In this document: piece by piece, positions 30,100 to 39,366 of the stretch
How positions within the stretch are numbered: position 1 is the first letter of the stretch
Layout: each line of letters begins with the position of its first letter
Origin: Bdellovibrionota bacterium
GTDB taxonomy: Bacteria; Bdellovibrionota_C; UBA2361
Reading direction: 5' to 3'
DNA length: 44,631 nucleotides
NCBI GenBank assembly: GCA_044352465.1
Contig: JBILDU010000010.1
Coordinates: 1-44,631, forward strand
Program-made: the position numbers and the translations under genes
The notes under the pieces: generated by a model
Database searches by the model: none
What the model was told of the DNA's origin: nothing
What the model saw: the letters and a program-made list of their open reading frames with translations, nothing else

Positions 30100-30684
30100 T
30101 TACTGTTGGACTAATTGTTTAGCGCCGGAGAGCGCGCGATCGCGCAACGGACGATCGGATTCAGAACTGAGCTCTCCCTTCAGTTTCTCTTCAGCTCGAC
30201 GAATAACGAGATCGGCGAGTGCCCGCTGAATCCCCCCTTCTGCCGCGCGCCGCTCAGCGCGGAGCGAGTCGTTCGTTTGGGAGTGGATTCGCTCGGCCCG
30301 TCGAGCGGCTTCGGCAGTGATCTGCGCGGCCTCATGCTCAGTCTCACGGGCGATCTGAGCGCGGAGATTGCGGACCTCGCCATCATACGCTTGGAGACGA
30401 AGTTCCGCGTCGCGAAGCTCCACTTCGGCAGCCTGAAGCTCGACCGCACGGCTCGAGACTTCGGCTGCGAGCCGATCGCGCCGCGCTACCCAGCCAGTGG
30501 CAATTTGTTTACGCAGGAGTACGTAAAGAATAACAACGTAGAGGGTGAAATTGAGGAGAAACCACTTCAGGTCCCAGAACGACGCGTGACCGCCGCCATG
30601 ACCACCGCCAGCGAGGGCGATCCCGGGGACGAGAAGAGCCGCCGAGGAAAGCGCAACAACTACCGCTGAGATATGAGTCTTCAT
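30100..30684 (-). CDS. atpF: ATP synthase F0 subunit b
   Basis: N-terminal His/Gly loop, TM 'WFLLNFTLYVVILYVLL' and coiled-coil. Lies upstream of atpH. Confidence 0.88.
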   Translation of the reverse strand: MKTHISAVVVALSSAALLVPGIALAGGGHGGGHASFWDLKWFLLNFTLYVVILYVLLRKQIATGWVARRDRLAAEVSSRAVELQAAEVELRDAELRLQAYDGEVRNLRAQIARETEHEAAQITAEAARRAERIHSQTNDSLRAERRAAEGGIQRALADLVIRRAEEKLKGELSSESDRPLRDRALSGAKQLVQQ

Positions 30685-31160
30685 ACGTCGTCTCTCCCCA
30701 TCGAGGCCGCGGAGCCCCCCGTCAATTTTTGCACGATCATCTCGGCAAGCCCATCGGCCTCCCCGATTGTCCGGGTACGCACCGTCTCGACATCCCGCGC
30801 TATCTGGGCCCGCCCCTCTTTCAAAGTTGTCTGCGCCGCAATTTCGGCCTCTTCAACAACTCGCGTAGCGCTTTGCTTCGCCACGCTGATCGTCTCAAGC
30901 TTTTGCTTCACCGCAGCGAAGCGCTCCGTGCCGATCTTTTGCTCGACACCCTGGCGAAGTTCAGCGGCGCGGGCGAGCTTCTCTCGAATTGAATCGACCG
31001 CCCCCGAAGTGGCCCGCTCACGCGCCTCGATGAGTGCAAGATAAGGCTTAAAGATGAAGCGACTGAGCGAGAGCCACAAGACGATGAAGAACAGCGCTCC
31101 AAACGGGATCATCTGGGCATCCTGAACTGTCAGGGAGAACATCTTAAGTAGCGATTCCAT
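30681..31160 (-). CDS. ATP synthase F0 subunit b'
   Basis: TM helix, then 'LSRFIFKPYLALIEARE' and coiled-coil. Overlaps the atpF start. Confidence 0.88.
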   Translation of the reverse strand: MESLLKMFSLTVQDAQMIPFGALFFIVLWLSLSRFIFKPYLALIEARERATSGAVDSIREKLARAAELRQGVEQKIGTERFAAVKQKLETISVAKQSATRVVEEAEIAAQTTLKEGRAQIARDVETVRTRTIGEADGLAEMIVQKLTGGSAASMGRDDV

Positions 31161-31180
31161 GTGGTCTTCTAGCGTACGGT

Positions 31181-31231
31181 CTTAAAATCGTATCGGCCTT
31201 AAAATCGTATCAGCCTTAAAATCGTTTCGGC
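31181..31231. repeat. Tandem repeat, 3 x 17 bp
   Basis: CTTAAAATCGTATCGGC / CTTAAAATCGTATCAGC / CTTAAAATCGTTTCGGC. Confidence 0.95.
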
Positions 31232-31258
31232 CTCGGTGATAGCGTTGACTCGGAAAAG

Positions 31259-31744
31259 TTAAACTCCCGCCGCCGCGACCTTGTCTTGGGGGCGAAGAGC
31301 TTTTGTATCGTTCGAGACGGCACTGCTCATCGAGCACTTGCCTTCGAATATGACCCCCTCTTCCACGCTGAGACTCGGGGCAGAGATATTGCCAGTGACG
31401 CGCGCCGGCTTACGTAAAGCGAGGCGTCGGGAGGCGACGATATCGCCGTTGACCGTGCCGTGCACTAAGATGTCGGAACCTGAGATTCGCGCGTTGATCG
31501 TCGCGGACTTTCCAATGGTGAGAGTTTCCTTCGCGTTAATCTCACCCTCAACGTGACCATCAAGCTCAACCGGCCCGGTAAATGTTAAGGTGCCGGTGAC
31601 TTTTGAACCCTGACCGAGAAACGCGTCAGCGCGACCAACTGACGGACTTGCATGCGCGGGGGAATTTCCGAGCGCGGTGGCCGCTGACGACCCAGAACGA
31701 TTGAGTTCGGCTTCTTTATCTTCACGCAGCTTTACAAAAGACAT
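31259..31744 (-). CDS. Bactofilin (polymer-forming cytoskeletal protein)
   Basis: FLGQGSKVTGTL…LDGHVEGEI…LTIG…VHGTVNGDI…VTGNI…LSVEEGVIFEGKCSM. Start at MSFVK is likely (the ORF extends to 31810). Confidence 0.93.
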   Translation of the reverse strand: MSFVKLREDKEAELNRSGSSAATALGNSPAHASPSVGRADAFLGQGSKVTGTLTFTGPVELDGHVEGEINAKETLTIGKSATINARISGSDILVHGTVNGDIVASRRLALRKPARVTGNISAPSLSVEEGVIFEGKCSMSSAVSNDTKALRPQDKVAAAGV

Positions 31745-31983
31745 AGGCGCGCCACCCTTGGTTTGACCTCGCGAGCGAGATCGTTTGGTTTGCTTCCCAT
31801 AACGCCGCATTACAGCGTCTTTTATGGAAGCTGGCGGAGTCGAGCAACACGCCCAATCCGCGGCGATAACCTACCGTTCCAAAGGGAGAAAAGTCAAATT
31901 TTTTGGGGTGAAGCAGCCGGGAGAAAGCGCGTATCTCGCCAACGAAACTTCGGGAGCGTGAAAAAAGTTGCTCGGTCGGAGCA

Positions 31984-32985
31984 CTAGTCGCAGATGAGCT
32001 CCACCAAACGGTCGAGCTCTTGCTCCGAGAAATACTCGATCTCAATCTTTCCGCGCCCCGAGCGGTGGTGCTTTACCACCACCTTCGTGCCGAGGCGATT
32101 ACGCATCCGGTCGATCACATCCACCGGGACGCCGTCCACCGTTTTTCCGCGCCCATCGCCTTTTGAGCCTGGCCGCTTGGGAGCTTCAAGAACCACCACA
32201 CGCGATACGATCGCCTCGAGCGCGCGCACGGACAGGCTTTCCTCTACCGCTTTTTTTGCAAGACTCATCTGAGCGGTGGGCTCCTTGACCGTGAGGATCG
32301 CTTTGGCGTGCCCCATGGTTATCGCTCCCTCTTGAAGGAGCTTAAGCACTCCCGGGGGAAGGGAAAGTAGGCGTAAGTAGTTAGCTATACTAGCTCTATC
32401 CTTGCCGACTCGCTCGGCTACCTCTTTTTGGCCAAGCTGAAACTCATCGATAAGCCTCTGATATCCCTGAGCTTCTTCAACTGGGTTTAAGTTAGAACGC
32501 TGTACGTTTTCAACGAGAGCGACCTCAAGCGTCTCGAGATCGTTCATTTCCCTTACAAGAGCAGGCACTTGGGAGAGCCCTGCGAGTTTTGACGCGCGCC
32601 AGCGACGCTCACCTGCTACGATCTCATAGAGCCCGGCCCTTTCGCCGCTACACGGCCGAACGAGAACAGGCTGCAAGACACCCAAGGTTTTAATTGACCC
32701 GGCTAGTTCAGCTATCTCCTCGTCAACAAAACGCTGTCTCGGCTGAGTCGGGTTGTTGACTATCTTCTCAACTGGAATGAAATGAACAGCGCGGCCCTCA
32801 ACATCCCGCACAACCGGTTCAACTTGCGCTGCAGCGACCGCGACTTGGCCGGAAAACACAGGAATATCAACAGCTTGAGCGGGAGCGGGAGGAACGACAG
32901 AGACCGCCGGCGTGGAGACGAGGGAGTTTAAACCCCTTCCGAGGGCTGCCCTGAGCGGTTTTTTTGAGTTCTTTAGCACTTCCAT
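31984..32985 (-). CDS. parB: Chromosome partitioning protein ParB
   Basis: ALGRGL, QPR, IVAGERRWRA, ENVQRSNLNPVEEA and HTH region. Confidence 0.98.
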   Translation of the reverse strand: MEVLKNSKKPLRAALGRGLNSLVSTPAVSVVPPAPAQAVDIPVFSGQVAVAAAQVEPVVRDVEGRAVHFIPVEKIVNNPTQPRQRFVDEEIAELAGSIKTLGVLQPVLVRPCSGERAGLYEIVAGERRWRASKLAGLSQVPALVREMNDLETLEVALVENVQRSNLNPVEEAQGYQRLIDEFQLGQKEVAERVGKDRASIANYLRLLSLPPGVLKLLQEGAITMGHAKAILTVKEPTAQMSLAKKAVEESLSVRALEAIVSRVVVLEAPKRPGSKGDGRGKTVDGVPVDVIDRMRNRLGTKVVVKHHRSGRGKIEIEYFSEQELDRLVELICD

Positions 32986-33017
32986 ATTTTAATTCAATTA
33001 TATTAATAACTTAAAAA

Positions 33018-33033
33018 TGTTCCACGTGGAACG
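33018..33033. promoter_or_regulatory. parS: parS site
   Basis: TGTTCCACGTGGAACG, 15/16 match to the parS consensus, between parA and parB. Confidence 0.9.
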
Positions 33034-33036
33034 CCT

Positions 33037-33831
33037 CTAACTGTTGGCCGCAGCCTTAGGCTCTACTCCAAAACAACGCCCGTCGATTTCGCTGGCAAGC
33101 TGTCGATACGCTACAGCACCGGAGGATGTGGGATCGTAGAGGCATATCGGCATACCGTGACTCGGACACTCGGAGAGCTTGATGTTCCTCGGAACTCGCG
33201 AATCAAACATCAGAGCACCGAAGAAGCGCTTCGCCTCCCCTTCCACCTGGGTCGCGAGATTCGTCCGGGCATCGAACATGGTCATAAAAACGCCGAGAAT
33301 CTGAAGCTCAGGGTTAAATGTCTGCCGAACAAATTCAATCGTGTTCATAAGCGCCGAGATTCCCTCTAAGGCGTAATACTCAGCCTGAAGAGGAATCAGT
33401 ACACGATCCGCGGCACCTAGCGCGTTAAGAGTTAGAAGACCTGACGAAGGCGGACAGTCGATAAGCACATAGTCGTATGAGGTCTTGAGAAGATTCAGCT
33501 CCGTTCGAAGGATGAGCTCTCGGCCAGGAACCTTTCCGAGCTCGATTTCAAGTCCCACGAGGTCAGCCGAGGATGGCGCCACGAAAAGATTGGGAATTGA
33601 ACTTGGACGGATAATACCCGCGAGCGTAGCCTGACCGAAGAACATATCGTAGATGTCCTGACCCTCCGGTTGCTTCTCGATACCGAGACCGCTCGTAGCC
33701 GACCCCTGCGGATCGAAGTCCACAAGCAACACCTGTCGACCTAAGTTGGCGAGTTCACTAGCTATAGATATAGCGCTGGTTGTCTTTCCAACCCCGCCCT
33801 TCTGATTTGAAATGGAGATTACGTACGTCAT
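33037..33831 (-). CDS. parA: Chromosome partitioning ATPase ParA (Soj)
   Basis: NQKGGVGKTT, DFDPQG, IDCPPS and EYYALEG. Confidence 0.98.
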   Translation of the reverse strand: MTYVISISNQKGGVGKTTSAISIASELANLGRQVLLVDFDPQGSATSGLGIEKQPEGQDIYDMFFGQATLAGIIRPSSIPNLFVAPSSADLVGLEIELGKVPGRELILRTELNLLKTSYDYVLIDCPPSSGLLTLNALGAADRVLIPLQAEYYALEGISALMNTIEFVRQTFNPELQILGVFMTMFDARTNLATQVEGEAKRFFGALMFDSRVPRNIKLSECPSHGMPICLYDPTSSGAVAYRQLASEIDGRCFGVEPKAAANS

Positions 33832-33881
33832 GTAGAGATCGGTATCACGCAGAATTAAATTGCCACAATACGAAAAAGCGA

Positions 33882-33897
33882 TGTTCCACGTGGAACA
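33882..33897. promoter_or_regulatory. parS: parS site
   Basis: Perfect TGTTCCACGTGGAACA; the palindrome extends to 22 bp (33879-33900). Confidence 0.95.
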
Positions 33898-33964
33898 TCG
33901 AATTAATTAATCGATAAAAAAACCCCCTCCGTCCCAACCTACCCATCGTAGCTCTTGGCACCCA

Positions 33965-33980
33965 TGTTCCACGTGGAACA
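33965..33980. promoter_or_regulatory. parS: parS site
   Basis: Perfect TGTTCCACGTGGAACA. Confidence 0.95.
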
Positions 33981-34411
33981 TCATTATCCGAAAAGAGCCT
34001 TGCCCCTATCTCCGAATGAACTCAGATAGCCGTCCACAACAGAGAAGCTCTCTTTGGTGGGCGCAAACTTGAATAAGTGCCTCACGGAATATACGCCTGG
34101 GTCGATCGGCACCCGATACGGGGCAGGGGCTTTGGCTAAAGCCAAATATCTCCCGGCTACGGGCCATACACCCAAACCGAGGGCCAGCGCGATCGCGAAA
34201 GGCCTCGTAGACACAGCCACCTCACCACCGAAACGGAGGATTCCTTCGGCTACATCACCGGAGAAGCCACGCGACTCGTCCGTCGAGCCTCACCGAGCTA
34301 CCGAGATACGTTTTCGTAAAGGCGCCAGACTCAAACGGAGAGAACGAGAAAGGGGTAAGACCGAGCACCCAGTGGCCATCGGACCACAAAAACGCGCCTA
34401 ACCTGCTCTTT

Positions 34412-35599
34412 TCATTGACTATCTATCTTGCCCCAGATCTCAGAGCAGGCCTGCAGGGTATCCTCGATCTGCCTTGGAGTGTGCACCGCGGAGACCAAAA
34501 AGCGAACGAATGCGGCGCCATCGAGGGAAGGGGAGCTGCCACCGGTCGGGCGGGCGAGCACATCAACAACCACACCCTTTTGAAAGAGCGCCTCACCAAC
34601 CTCACGAGCTAACCGATGTGTCTTAAAGGGCAACCCAACGATCGCTCCAGTCACCACCCCAGCCCGTAACGCCCCCATCTGAATGAGCCCCTCGCGAAGC
34701 TTACCTGCGGAGAGATTCATTCGCTCTCGGGCATGATGCCCGAGCTCAATATGAGTGAGCGCCCCCTCAACCACCGCCATAGCAACGGGAGATGGCGCGA
34801 CCTCAACGACAAAGGTGCGTGAGCGTTGCATCAGATACCGAATAAGGGGCAGGGGACCGGCGATAAAACTACCGCTGCCCGCCAGACTCACTGCACAGTC
34901 AGCGTAAGCGCAAAGAACTCCGCTCTTAAGAGGGAGCGCTTCGAGGCCACCCGCGCCCCGCAGCCCCTGCCCACCGATCGCATAGCTCTCATCGACGATA
35001 AGTTCGGCATCGAACTTTTGGGCGAGTGCACTCCACCCGACCAGGTCAAGCGCCTCACCACTCATCGGCGACACCGACTCCACGCAGAGTAACCGTCGCC
35101 GCGCCCCTTTGAACTTCTCCAACTCACCCCGCGCGCGGGCCAGGTTTCCGCTCGGAAAAGTCGCCGTTGGACAATTCACTAGATATGCGGCGTCACCCAC
35201 CGGACTCTGCATCGCCTCATCGAAAAGGACGACATCACGCTCCGACGCGATCGCTGTGATTAAGGAAAAAACCGCCTGGTTCTTGGAAGAAAAGAGGGTC
35301 GCGCCCTCAAAGCCCATAAACTCGGCGAGCCGCCGCTCACACGCGCTGTGAAGGGCTGCCGAACCGGTGCTACCTCGCGCCGCACCGGTGGAGAAGCCGT
35401 AACCCTCAATGACCTGCTGCACGGACCGGCGTAGCCCCGGATGGTAGTTGAGATCGTACCTATCCCAGTTTGTAAAATCGATCGCCGAACGTCCCCGGAA
35501 CGAAATGACCCCGTTACGCCGAGCGACGCACTCACGGAACTGCCGCTCACCTCCGGCGAGCGCTATCTGCTCGAGTTCTTGTTTTAGCTCAGGAAGCAT
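34412..35599 (-). CDS. Alpha-oxoamine synthase (BioF/KBL/SPT) fold protein, apparently lacking PLP-binding residues
   Basis: Colinear with the family (YG…GAAR..TG…H…ERRLAEFMG; ES…MSG; IVDE; G..G.RG.G; RF.VSAVHT..QI) but the catalytic Lys motif is absent. Confidence 0.85.
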   Translation of the reverse strand: MLPELKQELEQIALAGGERQFRECVARRNGVISFRGRSAIDFTNWDRYDLNYHPGLRRSVQQVIEGYGFSTGAARGSTGSAALHSACERRLAEFMGFEGATLFSSKNQAVFSLITAIASERDVVLFDEAMQSPVGDAAYLVNCPTATFPSGNLARARGELEKFKGARRRLLCVESVSPMSGEALDLVGWSALAQKFDAELIVDESYAIGGQGLRGAGGLEALPLKSGVLCAYADCAVSLAGSGSFIAGPLPLIRYLMQRSRTFVVEVAPSPVAMAVVEGALTHIELGHHARERMNLSAGKLREGLIQMGALRAGVVTGAIVGLPFKTHRLAREVGEALFQKGVVVDVLARPTGGSSPSLDGAAFVRFLVSAVHTPRQIEDTLQACSEIWGKIDSQ

Positions 35600-35747
35600 C
35601 GATCGACCTCTCCCCAGAAAGTCGCATACGCGGTGCGATCACGACAAGGCAGCACTCGTAGATCCAAGGAAATCACGGACTCGTTTGCGCACCCTTTGCG
35701 GACGGGTACGGGAACACCGGTGTCCAGGCCATCCGACGGGACGAACC

Positions 35748-36867
35748 CTAACCCCGATTTTCGGGGCTCAAAAGATAAGCCTCAATAAAGGGATCAAGCT
35801 GTCCGTCGAGTACCTGGTCAACCGAGGAGGTTTCATAGTCGGTGCGGAGATCCTTCGCGAGACGATACGGCTGCAGGACGTATGATCGGATCTGACTGCC
35901 CCATTCGATCCGTTTTCGCTCGCCCTTCAATTGATCGATCTTCTCCTGCTGCTCCGCCTTCTGCCGCTCATATAGCTTCGACTTCAAGATCTTCATCGCT
36001 TTAGCGCGGTTCTTGTGCTGAGAACGCTCACTTTGGCACGCGACGATAATTCCCGAGGGAATATGGGTTAACCGCACGGCTGAGTCGGTTTTATTGACGT
36101 ACTGACCACCTGCACCACCGGAGCGATACGTGTCCATCTTGATATCGGTATCAGCGATCTCGATATCTATCTCCGCTTCGATATCGGGGGAAACGGTCAC
36201 CGACGCAAAGGAGGTGTGACGCCGCGCGTTCGCATCAAAAGGTGAGATACGCACCAATCGGTGTACGCCTTGCTCGCCCCGAAGATGTCCGTAAGCGAAT
36301 CCGCCCGCGATCAGCAGGGTGACGCTTTTGATTCCGGCACCCTCGCCAGCTTGATAATCAAGCTCCTCGAGAGAAAACCCTTTCCGTTCGCCCCACCGAA
36401 TATACATCCGCATGAGCATCTGGGCCCAGTCTTGCGCTTCAGTCCCACCGGCGCCCGCATTTATCTCAAGAATCGCATCAGCGCGATCGAACTCTCCGCT
36501 CATCTTGCACTCGAATTCCTGAGCACCCACGGCGCTCTGGAGCGCTGTCAGGGTTGAGCGCGCCTCAGCGATGAAGTCTGGATCCTTCGAATCCACAGCG
36601 AGTTCAAGCGCGGTCTCGGTATCGGCGAAAAGCTGCACGATCTTTCGATAGCTCTCCACCGCCCGCTCACAGCCGGAGCGCTCACGACTCGCATCCTTCG
36701 CCTTCTGAGCGTCGTTCCAAAAATCGGGAGATTGGGCGAGAGTCTCTAGCTCTTTAAGGCGACGTTCCTTCGACTCGACGTCAAAGAAACCCCCTCAGAG
36801 CGGCGATGCGCCCTTTAAGTTCGACGAGAGGACCAGTGATAGATGAAGGTTCAAAAAGGTCGGCCAT
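35748..36867 (-). CDS. prfB: Peptide chain release factor 2, with programmed +1 frameshift (about 372 aa)
   Basis: 28-codon ORF (ATG at 36867) ending AGG GGG TTT CTT TGA C. The +1 frame continues to 35748 and carries the SPF and GGQ motifs. Confidence 0.97.
36780..36795 (-). promoter_or_regulatory. RF2 autoregulatory frameshift cassette
   Basis: Minus strand AGGGGG-TTT-CTT-TGA-C: internal SD, 3-nt spacer and slippery CTT-TGA. Confidence 0.95.
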
Positions 36868-36956
36868 ACGACAAACTATAACAGCGAAATCAAAGAAAGG
36901 ACATCTCCCATGGGCGAAGCACTGTTCACAGCGCCAATCGACACCTGAGCGCGTCT

Positions 36957-37730
36957 CTACAACGCCGGGTCCGCCTTCACAATCACGGAGCCTGGCGGAA
37001 GGCCAAGGGCACCCTCGAGCTCTGCCGCCCCACCAGAGGTGAAGAGATTGATGCCAACAAGGGTCGCCGCAGCCGTCTGAGCCATCACGAGATACCCCTC
37101 ATCGTTTGGATGCAGCCCCTCGGGAATGTTTAAGAGCGAGCATTCAACCGCGCCACCACAGGTATTGAGCCACCCACGCCGAAAATCGATAAGGGGGGCA
37201 TCGTTCTGCGCCGCCACCGCCCGGGCGACCGCGGCGTATCCCGAAACAACCGGCTCAAGTGCCGCCCGTTCGCAACAAGTGGGTAGGGGAGTACCTAAGA
37301 CCGCCTCCCGACCGAGCGCCCGAATGACATTGATCGACCGCTGATAACCCCGCTTTATCGCGGTGCTTGAGGTCACGGTGAATGCGTCGTTCACCCCTTC
37401 TAAAAGGATGACGACATCTGCTCCCGAGCCAGCGACCACCCCCGGCAGTCGATCGATCCCATCGGAGAGTAGCCGCTCGCCTGAAATTCCGGCGTTTACT
37501 ACCGGCACCCCCACGAGCTCGCTGAGCACCGCCGGATACCCTTCGCCCTCAACCGAGGCACCGATACCAAAGGTAATACTATCGCCGAAAGCGATCGCTG
37601 TGACGGCACCATCACCGGTCCTGTCAACGAGCGGAGGGCTGTCCGCACAGGCAGCATCGCTCCCCGCTACACCGAGAGCACAAATCAAGCCGCATATCCC
37701 ACCCCATAGCCGCATCGCTCGTCTTTCCAT
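36957..37730 (-). CDS. Exported SGNH/GDSL hydrolase
   Basis: FGDSITFG, NAGISG, LEGVND and GLHPN blocks. AGGGGGAG RBS before the ATG at 37730, and a signal-like N-terminus. Confidence 0.9.
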   Translation of the reverse strand: MERRAMRLWGGICGLICALGVAGSDAACADSPPLVDRTGDGAVTAIAFGDSITFGIGASVEGEGYPAVLSELVGVPVVNAGISGERLLSDGIDRLPGVVAGSGADVVILLEGVNDAFTVTSSTAIKRGYQRSINVIRALGREAVLGTPLPTCCERAALEPVVSGYAAVARAVAAQNDAPLIDFRRGWLNTCGGAVECSLLNIPEGLHPNDEGYLVMAQTAAATLVGINLFTSGGAAELEGALGLPPGSVIVKADPAL

Positions 37731-37820
37731 CTCTCCCCCTATCCATAGGAGTCTCCGGAGTACTATCGACGGAATCGATCGGTCGTTCAAGGAGGCATCG
37801 AGGCGAAGAGGGGAGAGCAC

Positions 37821-38032
37821 AAAGAGAAAGGCCCGGTGAGGTATGAGCTCTATCCGGGCCTCTGTGGTCTAACGGAGTTGCGTTTGCTCCCGTGGGCTTT
37901 TACTCCTGCGGGGCCACTATGAACTCTTCGTTAGGTGGCACGCTTGCGAAGGTACTACGGGCCCCGCTGACTACCTATGCGCCCCATCACACTCTGTGGG
38001 GATACCCGGAGCCGGTCCCAACGGTGGGAGTT
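37821..38032. ncRNA. Candidate multi-branched structured RNA / regulatory leader (identity unknown)
   Basis: Helices 37829-36/37854-61, 37890-96/38017-24, 37908-15/37960-67, 37926-30/37947-51 and 37982-86/37997-38001. Possible pseudoknot 37932-38/37971-77. Confidence 0.4.
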
Positions 38033-38044
38033 ATTGAATGTATC

Positions 38045-39349
38045 TCAAGGCTTCGCGGGCGTCGGAAATGGGGGCAATACGAACGCCTCCGTCGAGAGCT
38101 TCAATGAGCGACCGGTCTCTAGAGCGAACTCCGCCTCGGCGAGATAGGCGCAATATGAATCGGTGCCTTGCGGTAGCGCCAGGGGAACGGAGACCTCCTG
38201 AGACTTGGGTAATACCGCAATCGCATCGCTCTCCCACACCGCTTTACGGAAGTCGCGCGTTTGGGCGCAGCTTCGCCACAACTTCATCCCACGCGGGGTA
38301 CGAGAAGATGCCAAAACGATCGCCGGAGCACCGGCCTGCTCTAGCCTCCAGTGGAGCTCTGGAACCGTCTTTTGGTGAGCGATCAGACCGATCCAAGATA
38401 TCAGATTTTCATGGGCTGCCTGTCCCAGCGAATGACCGGTGTTCGCCGATTGAAATACCAGTTTCGGACCACGGAGAGCCTCCCAATACTGAGACAGTGC
38501 GTCGACTACCCAGTACGGATCGTTCGTGCCAAGAAGGATAAACTTCGGAAGGGTCAACCGCTCGCGGTACTCGAACGGATCAACCCACCGACGCAATTCC
38601 TGCATCCGCGGGTGATCGATCGCCGCGACAAGTCCTTTGTCGGTATAGTCTTTTATCTTCTCGCTTTGCCCCCCGTACGCCCGCTTGGCGAGCTCGGTCT
38701 GAGCCTTCATATTCAGCATGTCGAAAACCTTCGGAGCGATCGCGACCACCCGCTTATCGACGACACCACTCAACCACGTCGTCCATCCCCGCTTCGACGA
38801 ACCGCTTAAAATAAATCCCGCCGTCCCACCCTTTAACTTCGCCTGTTGTGCTGAAGCGAGACAGTCGAGACCTCGAACGACGCTCTTCACCATCGGAAAA
38901 ATCGCTGGCCACGACGCATCCCCTGTCTCGAGGTAGCGGCGAAACGTGAGCGAGATAAGATCGTCCTCTTTACGACCGTCAAAGAGCGGCTGATTTGGCA
39001 CACCGGTTATCACCGCCGCACCAACCGCGGCTCCCTGCGCCACCGCGGTCAGAAAGGGCAACTCCCGGGAACCGTCCCCGGACCCGGTGATGTGGAGAAA
39101 TATCGGGGTGTGGGGGGAAAGATGGCGCGGAACGACGAGCACCAGATCGTGCTTCCAATCGATACCATGCCACCGCTGCGAGGTAAGGGCGTAACGCACC
39201 ACCCGCAGCTCTCCTTCCAAACTCTCGCTTACCTCCTGACAAGAGAAGGTGGGGTCGGACTGGGCAACATACTCATGTAGCGGGTCCGCTACCGCGGTTG
39301 AAACAACCAACAGCACCGCTGCAATCATCGAACTCAAGCGCCAACGCAT
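38045..39349 (-). CDS. PqaA-like (PhoPQ-activated pathogenicity-related) alpha/beta hydrolase
   Basis: Signal peptide, LTSQRW, VPNQPL, EDDLI, PMVKS and SGSSKRGWTTWL. Confidence 0.92.
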   Translation of the reverse strand: MRWRLSSMIAAVLLVVSTAVADPLHEYVAQSDPTFSCQEVSESLEGELRVVRYALTSQRWHGIDWKHDLVLVVPRHLSPHTPIFLHITGSGDGSRELPFLTAVAQGAAVGAAVITGVPNQPLFDGRKEDDLISLTFRRYLETGDASWPAIFPMVKSVVRGLDCLASAQQAKLKGGTAGFILSGSSKRGWTTWLSGVVDKRVVAIAPKVFDMLNMKAQTELAKRAYGGQSEKIKDYTDKGLVAAIDHPRMQELRRWVDPFEYRERLTLPKFILLGTNDPYWVVDALSQYWEALRGPKLVFQSANTGHSLGQAAHENLISWIGLIAHQKTVPELHWRLEQAGAPAIVLASSRTPRGMKLWRSCAQTRDFRKAVWESDAIAVLPKSQEVSVPLALPQGTDSYCAYLAEAEFALETGRSLKLSTEAFVLPPFPTPAKP

Positions 39350-39366
39350 AGGTGCGACTCCTTACT

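Noticed and set aside
31181..31231. Possible CRISPR array
   Set aside because: Units are 17 bp and directly abut with no spacers, and there are no cas genes.
33984..34411. Possible rsmG remnant or small CDS upstream of parA
   Set aside because: Translations show no methyltransferase motifs, and the 78-aa and 115-aa ORFs lack an RBS or protein-like features.
37887..37910. Minus-strand GGAGTAAAAGCCCACGGGAG resembles the 3' end of ykkC (guanidine-I type) riboswitches
   Set aside because: The 5' conserved CUAGGGUUCC and GGUCCGAG elements are not present, so the assignment is unsupported.
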